Positions 9,360-17,833 of a stretch of 64,000 bases of DNA are shown here, piece by piece. Origin of the DNA: Acidimicrobiia bacterium (lineage in GTDB: Bacteria; Actinomycetota; Acidimicrobiia; Spongiisociales; ZC4RG35); assembly GCA_965203555.1 (NCBI GenBank), contig CBDBCY010000004.1, positions 1,152,001 to 1,216,000 of the forward strand, read 5' to 3'. Position 1 is the first letter of the stretch, and every line of letters starts with the position of its first letter. The position numbers and the translations under genes were made by a program. The notes beneath the pieces were generated by a model. The model had not been told where the DNA came from and did not search any database. It was given only the letters and a program-made list of their open reading frames with translations.

Positions 9360-11927
9360 TTATTCCTCCCAGTTGGGATAGTCCTTGGGTGTACGTCGGT
9401 CCTTGGATGTACGTCGGTCCTTGGATGTACGTCGGGGCTCAAGTTGGTCACCGGGGTTGTCGTCGGGTTCGTTGTTGTCGTCTTCGTCATAGGGGTCCCA
9501 TCGCCAGGGCGGATCGGGATCTTTCCAAGGCGGATCGGGGTCGGGTATTGGAGGGTGGGGATCCCACGGCGGCGGGTCGGGATCTATGCATACAAACCAT
9601 TTCCTGCAAGGGTCAATCGGTGGTGGTGGGAGGCATTTGGCGCGTTGCTTGGCTGTAGATCGCCAGGTCCAATCACCGGGACTTTTCGCGCATGGGTCGA
9701 TGGGCGGTTTGATCGGTGGCCGTGTGGTGGTCGTGGTGGTCGTGGTCGGCGGTGGCCGTGTGGTCGTCGTGGTCGGCGGTGGCCGTGTGGTCGTCGTGGT
9801 CGGCGGTGGCCGTGTGGTCGTCGTGGTCGGCGGTGGCCGTGTGGTCGTCGTGGTCGGCGGTGGCCGTGTGGTCGTCGTGGTCGGCGGTGGCCGTGTGGTC
9901 GTCGTGGTCGGCGGTGGCCGTGTGGTCGTCGTGGTCGGCGGTGGCCGTGTGGTGGTCGTGGTGGGGCGGGGATCGTCGCTTGTTACGGTGGTCGAGGCGG
10001 ACCTTTTGGATCGGTTGATGTTGTAACCGTCCAGGTCGGCGGTGATCGTGGCGGTAACGGTTCCGTTCTGCTCATATTCGGTGTCGTTGTCGGTAAGACG
10101 GGAAAAGCTACCTTCGCCACTGTTGCCGATGTAGGCGGTTAGATCGTCTTCGCCGGTGGTTAGGAAAAGGCCGCGTTGTCGGAGTTCGACACTGACGGGA
10201 AGGGTCTTCCAGGGCGGGGGGCTGGCAGCGAGGGAAAAGCTAACGCTTCCGCCCTCTTTGACGCTGGCGCGGTCTGCGGAGATACTGACTCGGGGAACGT
10301 CGTTGTCTCTGACTCTGACGGTGGCTTGACCTGTTGTGTCGATCTGGTAATCCTGTGAGGGAACAATGATCGTGGCGGTGAAGGAACCGTGCGGTTCGTT
10401 AACCGAGTCGGGGATGGTCCCGATCGAGATTTCACCTTCGCTGGTGGAGGGGCTTATGCCGACCGTGAACTCTTCGCTGGTCCAGGTGGTGAAGCTGGGC
10501 GCGTGGTTGGCGTCGTCGCTTGCGTGCGTCACGATTACTTTCACATTGAGAATGGCGTTGTCGTGCAGTTCGGAACTGGTGACGGTGAAAACCGCGCGGG
10601 AACCCTCGGTGATCGTTCCGTTGCCGGATATGTTGACCTCTGGAAGTGGAACCTGGGGTCTGTCGGGTTTACAGAGAGCGCTTTCGGTTCTTCTACCGTC
10701 ACTGGGCTTTGATGGTGGGTACCCGTCTGGACAGTCGGGCGGGTCGCCTACCGATGATGTACCGAGGTCGCGTTTAGAAATGTCGCTGAAGTCCGTGTCA
10801 CCGTTGGCTAGCTTGTCTAAAGCCCAGCTGATGTACCATTCCCACAGTTCTTTTTGCTTGTCGTGGTCTTCTTTGATCTTCTTGTTTTCCCATTGGCAGT
10901 ATGTTTTGGTCCATCCGCGTAGATACCAGCAGCTCCGTTGCAGTGGGTTTCCTGATAACAGGTTTACGATGTTGGCCGCGATATTCTCGCTCTTGTCTTT
11001 ACAGGAGCTGTAGATAAGCGGGGGGACACTCAGTGTTCTGTCCTTGCCGCGGAATCTGTAGGGGATACTGGTGGCAGGAGTTTTGACAATGAAGCAGTCG
11101 CGCGTCACTTTGACGGTGGCCGATGACCTGCTACCGAGGCGGTAGCGACTGTCGGGTACGGTGTTCCAGTCGCTACTGCGTAGCTGTATCGAGGCGGTAA
11201 GGTCTTCGGAGCCGTCGGCGTCGTCGTTCTCGGAGGTCGCTACGCGGATGTAGGCGTATTTGCTGGTTCCGCTGTATAGGGTGACCTGCTGGAAGTAGTT
11301 GCTGTCTATGAAGCTCGGCGCTCCGGCGATCCAAACGTTCACTTTGAGGGTGGAGGAAGTGCGGGGTGTGGTGACCTTGAAGTAGGCGTACTCGCCCTCG
11401 GTTATCTGGTTTCCTGGCTCGCAGGGATCGCTACGAGGTGTTGGATACTCTTTACAGGTCTCGATGTTGACAACCGGATAGCGACTACCTCCGCCGATGG
11501 AATTAGAATTGGAATTGGAATTGGTGGAAAAGGAATCCGTGGAAAAGGAATCCGACGTCACCCGAGGCCTGGTGGTCGTCGTAGTCACCCGAGGCCTGGT
11601 GGTCGTCGTAGTCACCCGAGGCCTGGTGGTCGTCGTAGTCACCCGAGGCCTGGTGGTCGTCGTAGTCGTCGTGGTGGTGGTAGTTGTTGTGGTTGTGAGG
11701 GATGGCAGGCCGCACCGTTCCCTCCATTTGGCGTCCACTTCCGAGCCGGTCACGGCGTAAAAACTTCGACCGTCGGCCATCGTGTAGATGGTCCATTGTC
11801 CAATTTTCCTGATGCTGCATTCCTCAGCGGCGATTGCCGGTGTCGTTGTGGACATCGTAGCAGTCAACAGCCCGAGGGCGAGGGACAGCGCAATCGTCAC
11901 TGCGAGGACTCGTTTTCGGGTTGTCAT
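9360..11927 (-). CDS. Secreted mucin-like Thr/Pro-rich surface protein with Calx-beta-like domains
   Basis: N-terminal signal peptide (…PAIA/AEE), two Thr-rich repeat stalks, beta-rich domains with ITEG/VKEG and TVRVRDND / TVTSDD signatures, and a Pro/Asp/Trp-rich tail. Confidence 0.8.
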   Translation of the reverse strand: MTTRKRVLAVTIALSLALGLLTATMSTTTPAIAAEECSIRKIGQWTIYTMADGRSFYAVTGSEVDAKWRERCGLPSLTTTTTTTTTTTTTTTRPRVTTTTTRPRVTTTTTRPRVTTTTTRPRVTSDSFSTDSFSTNSNSNSNSIGGGSRYPVVNIETCKEYPTPRSDPCEPGNQITEGEYAYFKVTTPRTSSTLKVNVWIAGAPSFIDSNYFQQVTLYSGTSKYAYIRVATSENDDADGSEDLTASIQLRSSDWNTVPDSRYRLGSRSSATVKVTRDCFIVKTPATSIPYRFRGKDRTLSVPPLIYSSCKDKSENIAANIVNLLSGNPLQRSCWYLRGWTKTYCQWENKKIKEDHDKQKELWEWYISWALDKLANGDTDFSDISKRDLGTSSVGDPPDCPDGYPPSKPSDGRRTESALCKPDRPQVPLPEVNISGNGTITEGSRAVFTVTSSELHDNAILNVKVIVTHASDDANHAPSFTTWTSEEFTVGISPSTSEGEISIGTIPDSVNEPHGSFTATIIVPSQDYQIDTTGQATVRVRDNDVPRVSISADRASVKEGGSVSFSLAASPPPWKTLPVSVELRQRGLFLTTGEDDLTAYIGNSGEGSFSRLTDNDTEYEQNGTVTATITADLDGYNINRSKRSASTTVTSDDPRPTTTTTRPPPTTTTTRPPPTTTTTRPPPTTTTTRPPPTTTTTRPPPTTTTTRPPPTTTTTRPPPTTTTTRPPPTTTTTTTTRPPIKPPIDPCAKSPGDWTWRSTAKQRAKCLPPPPIDPCRKWFVCIDPDPPPWDPHPPIPDPDPPWKDPDPPWRWDPYDEDDNNEPDDNPGDQLEPRRTSKDRRTSKDRRTPKDYPNWEE
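9380..9434 (-). repeat. 18-bp coding tandem repeat (RRTSKD), 3 units
   Basis: Unit GTCCTTGGATGTACGTCG repeated. Confidence 0.9.
9715..9963 (-). repeat. 27-bp coding tandem repeat (PTTTTTRPP), about 9 units
   Basis: Unit GGTGGCCGTGTGGTCGTCGTGGTCGGC repeated on the plus strand. Confidence 0.95.
11557..11697 (-). repeat. 27-bp coding tandem repeat (TTTTTRPRV), 4 units, plus poly-Thr
   Basis: Unit GTCACCCGAGGCCTGGTGGTCGTCGTA repeated. Confidence 0.95.
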
Positions 11928-12659
11928 GTTTTGATCCTTCCGGTACTGGTGTTTTCGCGGGTTTGTTGTTTGGTTATTGGTGTCGCGTGTGGCGACGTGC
12001 TTTTGTCGGGCTCGAGCAGCGCTGGGTTTGTTTCGTCAAGACTTGGTCCGGGGACTTTCCGGCTGGCCTTTGAACGCGACCGGGTGACTGACCGGAGCCC
12101 CGGTTGCGGACCGATGCCGGCATGGCCGGCGATGTGGTGGGCTTGTTGATGCTGTCGAACAGGTGTTCTTGGAGGGTCCGGCAGTTCTATAGAGATCTGC
12201 TGGACTCGGCAGGTCGTCTGCGGTTTCACGATGCCATGCCCGACGGTGACGGTATGCCCGGCCATACAAGTCGGTGATCGGTCACTGGTTTTAGGGAGGA
12301 TCAGTCCGAAGACAGCCCGCAGGCGCGGGGCCGCGGTTGTGTCCTTACCGCCTGTTACCCCCGATGCCGGCCCCTTCTCGGAAGATGTCCCCAATCTGTA
12401 CCCTGGCGCCCTGCTGACCCCACCACCGAGAAGCACACCAAAAGACCCCCCCCCCCCCGCGATTCGCCCAACCAAGACCTGCGTTTCGTCTTGGGTTGCC
12501 TTCTCCAAAAACCTTGCCCACACCACGCCGCTTCTCCTACTGGTTGTTTAATCACCATAACAAAAGGGCGTGTGCTTTAAGGGCGTCGAACAGAAGCTAT
12601 AGCGGTGCATATCAGCATGATGTGGGTTTTCGGGCAAAAACGTGTGAGTTCTTATGAGA

Positions 12660-12822
12660 TCGGAGAAAGGACGCATGTGGACGATGCTGGCTGCGTAGCA
12701 GGCAGCCAATCTGGGGACTTCGCCAGTCTCCTCATAGAAATGTGTCTGCATGGGTCTGGACAGGGCCTGATCAAGGAAGCTGGTGCTACCCAGCCCGGGC
12801 CTGCCTCCGAATTCGGAATATG
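12660..12822 (-). pseudogene. Doc/Fic toxin remnant
   Basis: EFGGRPGL...LDQALSRP...LAACYAASIVHMRPFSD resembles the Doc N-terminal half up to a degenerate HPFxD. The GNKR part is missing. Confidence 0.65.
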
Positions 12823-13049
12823 GCCCGCTCGTAAATCCACCGATTTGCGGTTTGGGTGGCTGTGGTTGGTGTGACCGGGCCTGTTTCGGGTGGTTTTTGG
12901 CGGGCGGGTTTTGTTCTTTGGGGGCCGGTCGGGGTCTTGGTGGTGTGAACGGCCTGGGTGGGTGGCAGGGGAATTTGGAGCCATCCCCACCGGCACTGCC
13001 ACACCCCCCACTTATAACACGCATGGGGAATCTCGATGATCGACTCTGA

Positions 13050-14993
13050 CCGGAATTTGGCGGGTGGTTTGGTGTTTTGCCTGGTCAGGGGGCATGCGCG
13101 TAAAGGGTGTTTCCACTACATTCGGTGGGTTTGGACCCTTTTAGGGTTGGGTGATGGTGGTGTTGTCCCAGGTGCGGGTGTCCGACTCCGATAGCGGTGA
13201 GGGTCCGGGTTTGGAGGGGGGTGCGTCGGGTGGTGAGCGTGATCTGGTGCTTGTTGGTGGTCAGATTTCACCCGGCGGATGCGGTTGAGCATCCTTAGTG
13301 CCCGTGCGGCGGTGAGGTGTTGGTGGTTGAGGTCGGGATCCCGGACATCGCCTGTGGTGAGAGCGCGGGTGATGAGCGTTTCCATGAGGGCGGCGTAAAC
13401 ACAGACTGCCACATGTCCGCGGACTCGTTTTTCGGTCCAGTGTCGTATTGGTCGTAGTCGTAGGAAGTCTTTGAGGACCCGGAACCTGTTCTCGACTGTT
13501 TGCAACTGCCGGTAGGCGGCCACAATCTTGGGTGGTGTCGGCTTGGGCGGGTGTGAGACTGGTGGTGAGCACGTAACGACCCGCCAACAGCTTCTCATAG
13601 GCATGGTTGTCTTCGTTGTAGTGGTAAAGAAAACGACCCGGGCCGATCTCCAGATCGAACAGTCGCCCGACACGGCCTGTGCCGAGGATTCGTTGGGCGG
13701 CTCGGCCGATCTTGGCGGGGTCTTTGACCCCACCGGCGCGGACACGGCGTTCCAACGCCAACAACCGGGTCTCGGCTGCTTGGATGATCTGGGCGGTGCG
13801 TTGGGTGTCCCGCCGACAACGAGCGTCGGACTCGACCACCACCATGCGGGTACCGTCTGAGAGGACGATATCCGCCGCTCTCGTACCGGGTTGGGGCAAC
13901 TCCACCCATACCGTGTCCCGGTCAACAGCCGACAGCGCCCCGGCCGTGGCCGAATCGCGGCGTAGCCTGGTGGCCAACAGATGATCGTACCCGGCCCGGG
14001 CCACCGTTTCCAGATTGGAAGCTGACATGAGACCCCGGTCCGCTACCACACAGATCCGGCCCACCGCGAACCGCTTGGCCAAATCACCCAACACCCCGGC
14101 CAGGGTGGACGCGTCGTTGGTGTTACCCGCGAACACATGATGGGCTATCGGGATCCCATCGGTGGTGCACAACAGACCGATCACGATCTGGGGTCGGTCC
14201 GGACGATGATCCCGCGAATATCCGAACACCCGCGACGGAAACCCGTCGGAGGGTCGGGTGGAACCTTCGAAATAGGTAGACGTCAGGTCATAGCACACCA
14301 GCCGCAGCCCGAGATTGGTCAAATCGCACAACCGTCGATACAGATACTCCTCGGTCTCGGGTTTGACATCGGCCACCGCGTCCAGAGCCCGGTAATACTG
14401 GTCAAACGACGGCGCCGACCACCCGGCCGGCATGACCACGTCATCGGTTGTCCATTCGGGCAGGCGACGTTTGGAACAGGGATCCACCAGCCGGTTGGCC
14501 ACCATCGCGAACACCGCATCCTCCAAAGCCCCAGCACCGCGTCTTTTGCCTATTTGGGAGAAGAACCCGCCCAACTCCAGCTGGTCCCACACCGCTTCTG
14601 CGGCTGCTACCCCTCCCAGTGCCGGTGCCTGCTCGGCCGCTAACGCGTCGATATCGACGCGTTCTTTGTGCAGGTGGCGTTCCAACGCCGAAATGATGCG
14701 TCCCAGTTGCCCGGTATCGCGCAACGCGGTGACCTCTCCCAGGCGAAGAAGGGTCCGGTGACCGACCTTCGACCCTTTGCGGACCGATTCCACCAACGAC
14801 AGGTACTCATACACCTTGTCGCCCCTCCGACGGCGGGTCGTCTTAACGAACATACTCCACAAAACCCGCAACCCGTCCCACCAACACAATGTCGCCACTA
14901 CAACACCCTACGGAACCAGCCCCTCACAACACAAAACCCCAGATCAACACACCAATCACCCCCCACCAAACCCCCCGACCCGCCAAATTCCGG
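13050..14993 (-). mobile_element. IS1634-family element, full length, transposase frameshifted near ~13530
   Basis: IR CCGGAATTTGGCGGG at both ends, 5-bp direct repeat TCTGA at 13045-13049 and 14994-14998. Transposase MFVKTTRRRRGDKVYEYLSLVES...YDLTSTYFEG...VADRG. Confidence 0.92.
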
Positions 14994-15218
14994 TCTGACA
15001 GGGGTGGAGCACTGTTAAGACTGAACAGGTCGGTGATGGACCGGGAGGGGTCGGGTAACTGTTCCACAAACAGGATCGGACCGCGACCTGCCCGGCCTGA
15101 GGGTCTTGCCATCACGGGCTATCTATTTGCGCCGACCTTCGCCGACCACCGGATTCTGTTTGGGTGCCGGCTCATGGACCACCCGGGCCGGCCCGCTACC
15201 GGTTTGGGTGAGGCCGCC

Positions 15219-15998
15219 TCACTCTGAAGCTGGTGACCTCCGACGGTTGGCGATGTAGGCGGCCGCGGAGCGCCGGCTCTCCGGGTCGGCGGAGATTGCC
15301 GCGAAGATGTCGGCATCGGCAATGCGTCCCCGGGCAGCCAGCATCTCCTCGGTAGCTTCCAACACGGTGCGCTTCACCGTTCGTAGAACCGCTCTGGGTT
15401 TGGCGCACAGGGTGGACACCAGTTCGTCGACGGTGCGATCGAGATCCGAGAGTGGCACCACCCGGTTCAGGAAGCCCGCCTGCTTCGCCTCCTGCGCGGT
15501 GAAGGGGCGGCAGGTCATTATCAGCTCTCTGGTCAGCGCGGGCCCGAACTCGCGGACCAGTCGGGGCACCCCTCCCCATCCCACCGGCAGTCCCAGATCT
15601 ACCTCGGGAATCGAGAAATAGGTGTCATCGGCCGCCACCCGCAGGTCACACGCGGCCGCCAGTACCAGACCGCCTCCCACGGCTGCTCCCCGCAGCGCCG
15701 CCACGGTAACCGCCGGGATCGAATCGAAGGCTTCCATCATGGCGCGGCCCGCCTCGCCCACCTCCCTCGGGTCGACGCCGTCCCCACCCCCGAGCAGACC
15801 CAGGTCGACTCCCGACGAGAACGCCCGGCCCCGTCCCCGAACGACCACAACCTTGGTCGACGACCGGTCCGCCACCTCTCTGGCCGCGGTTTCCAACGCG
15901 TTGAGAGTGGCCATGTCGAGCGAGTTGAGCGTGCGTGGCCGCTCGATGGTGATCACAGCCCGGTCATCGCGCGGATAGACGATGGAAACTTCTGTCAT
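15219..15998 (-). CDS. Enoyl-CoA hydratase/isomerase family protein
   Basis: Motifs AFSSGVDL, AVGGGLVLAAACDLR and FSIPEVDLG. Start taken at ATG 15998 (MTEVSIV). Confidence 0.9.
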   Translation of the reverse strand: MTEVSIVYPRDDRAVITIERPRTLNSLDMATLNALETAAREVADRSSTKVVVVRGRGRAFSSGVDLGLLGGGDGVDPREVGEAGRAMMEAFDSIPAVTVAALRGAAVGGGLVLAAACDLRVAADDTYFSIPEVDLGLPVGWGGVPRLVREFGPALTRELIMTCRPFTAQEAKQAGFLNRVVPLSDLDRTVDELVSTLCAKPRAVLRTVKRTVLEATEEMLAARGRIADADIFAAISADPESRRSAAAYIANRRRSPASE

Positions 15999-16134
15999 AT
16001 CGTGCCGAGGGTACCGCAGACCCTCCAAGGGCTGGACAGGGCGACCGCCGAACACAGACCGGCGATAACGGCCACCACCCCGGCTGCCCGCATCCATCGG
16101 TTCCGGCAAAAGGTAGTCTCTCAACTTCGTCGGG

Positions 16135-16262
16135 TGATGAGTGGTTGCCTTTCGGGAGTATCCGCAGTTTCGACATCCCGGTTTCCGGCTGCCCACAGGG
16201 CGCGGACAACGTCGAAGGCGTCCTCTACCGGAACGTTCAGGTCTTCTGAGGAGTGGAGGACG
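16135..16262 (-). pseudogene. Fragment of an alpha/beta hydrolase paralogous to 21026..22030
   Basis: Nucleotide similarity to ~21155-21277. It encodes VLHSSEDLNVPVEDAFDVVRALWAAGNRDV and LRILPKGNHS. Confidence 0.75.
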
Positions 16263-16284
16263 GGCTGTGACACGGTGCCCGACT

Positions 16285-16632
16285 TCAGATGGCCAGGTGG
16301 AGCCGGAGAGCATCGTCGAGTCGGCCCATGAGATCAAGAGGCATGTGACCGATCAGGGCGCCGACCCTTTCAACAGCGACCGATCTCACCTGTTCGGCTT
16401 GTGCCTTGGCATCGCGGTCCAGACCGGTCTCGGCGGCGTCCAACAGTACTTGGAACGGGTAAACCCGTTTCGTGTTCGACGTGACGGGAACGACTGTGAC
16501 AACCCCACGTCCAAGCCGTGCCGCAGTCGTGTTCGCGCCGTCACTGCTGACTATCACAGCCAGTCGGATCCGGGCTGCTTCAACCCCGACCACGTTACCG
16601 AGGTTCACGACGCGGATTTCTCCGCGACGCAT
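16285..16632 (-). CDS. mazF: MazF/PemK-family endoribonuclease toxin
   Basis: MRRGEI...AVIVSSD...VTVVPVTSN...PFQV...KAQAEQVRSV...LRLHLAI, similar to actinobacterial MazF proteins. Confidence 0.92.
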   Translation of the reverse strand: MRRGEIRVVNLGNVVGVEAARIRLAVIVSSDGANTTAARLGRGVVTVVPVTSNTKRVYPFQVLLDAAETGLDRDAKAQAEQVRSVAVERVGALIGHMPLDLMGRLDDALRLHLAI

Positions 16633-16638
16633 CAGCTG

Positions 16639-16851
16639 TCAAACCCCGTCGGCAGCGGTGGCATCCCACGCCTCTTTGTCACCATGATCGGCCCACTCGT
16701 CAAACGCCGCCGCGTAGTCCGATGACAACTCGGACAGGCGGAGAAGCCTTACCGCCCGCCGTACGGCAGCCGACCGGGACGCCCGGTGAGCACGGGAATA
16801 ACTGTCGAGAAACTCGAGATCTTCTCTGGACAGAGTGACGCTGATTCTCAT
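16639..16851 (-). CDS. mazE: MazE-type ribbon-helix-helix antitoxin
   Basis: MRISVTLS...SRSAAVRRAVRLLR...YAAAFDEW...WD. Directly upstream of the toxin. Confidence 0.88.
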   Translation of the reverse strand: MRISVTLSREDLEFLDSYSRAHRASRSAAVRRAVRLLRLSELSSDYAAAFDEWADHGDKEAWDATAADGV

Positions 16852-17152
16852 ACCACTGATCCTGTCAACAGTAGGAAGACTGGTCGCACGACAACTGCCG
16901 ACGCGCTACCGCCCTGTACTTCCTCACTGCGATTCCTGCCGGCCGGATCGGTCGTTGTGACGGAGAGTGACAGCGGCGAATGTTGCCGGGATCACCCGTC
17001 GGCGGTGGCACCCGGTTGATGTCGTGGGGTTGATCCCCACGTCACCGTAGCTGTCCCAATCCCAAACACATACTGCTGGGTGGAAGGGCGCTTCGCAAAG
17101 GACCGCCCATGGCGCCATCCCCGCTGTCACCCGTACGCGACAACAACTGCAC

Positions 17153-17419
17153 ATGAGCATTGTCTCGCTCTCTGAGGCCCGCAAACAAGTCTCGAACAAC
17201 TACAGAGCCTTTATCGGGATGCTGCCCTCGCTCTTGGAGGAACATCATGGCCAATGGGTTGTCCTGCGTGACCAGGAAGCGATCAAGGTACTTGCTACGG
17301 AGGTGGACGCCTACCACTACGCGACGAGCGAATTCCCGGACGAGCGATGGTCGATACAACACATCCGTGACCAGAACGCGATCAGGATGGGGTCCTTCAG
17401 CCGTGCGCCTCGTCATTGA
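17153..17419 (+). CDS. DUF5678-like small protein
   Basis: LLEEHHGQWVVLRDQEAI motif. It precedes a retropepsin-like gene. Confidence 0.6.
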   Translation: MSIVSLSEARKQVSNNYRAFIGMLPSLLEEHHGQWVVLRDQEAIKVLATEVDAYHYATSEFPDERWSIQHIRDQNAIRMGSFSRAPRH

Positions 17420-17439
17420 GGATCCGGTCGACAACACCG

Positions 17440-17779
17440 GCGCGATAATGGAAGGGGTCACGTTGGTCGGCAAACACCCGCGACCGCCAGTGCACTGATC
17501 GATACCGGATGAACGACCACGGCGATTTCAGAAAACTTCGTGCCGCACCTGGGAATTGTCCCTCATGGAACAGAACAGGTACAAACCGCTGATGGCATCG
17601 TTGACGCAGATGCCTACTACGTCAAGGTCGGGTTGCCTGGTCCGCCATTCACCATCCGCGCCATCGAGTTGAGGGACATGGGCATTGACATGCTTTTGGG
17701 AATGAATATCATTCGTCTCGGTCTGCTGCTAATCACCGAGACCCGTTTCATGTTTACCTTGGAAGAACCGACCAGCTAA
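17440..17779 (+). pseudogene. Clan AA (retropepsin-like) aspartyl protease with in-frame stop
   Basis: Frame reads ALIDTG*TTTAIS...QTADG...DMLLGMNII, with TGA immediately after the DTG motif (~17509). The start is unclear. Confidence 0.7.
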
Positions 17780-17833
17780 GGCAACATCTCCCCTGGGTTT
17801 GATGTAGGTCGGCTGAAAGAGCTGTATGGCTGG

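Noticed and set aside
9715-9963. Regular 27-bp repeats as a CRISPR array
   Set aside because: The units are contiguous with no unique spacers, lie in frame within a CDS, and no cas genes are present.
12822-13000. Additional IS end truncating the Doc remnant
   Set aside because: It is G/T-skewed like the other IS ends, but no partner IR or transposase is visible in the window.
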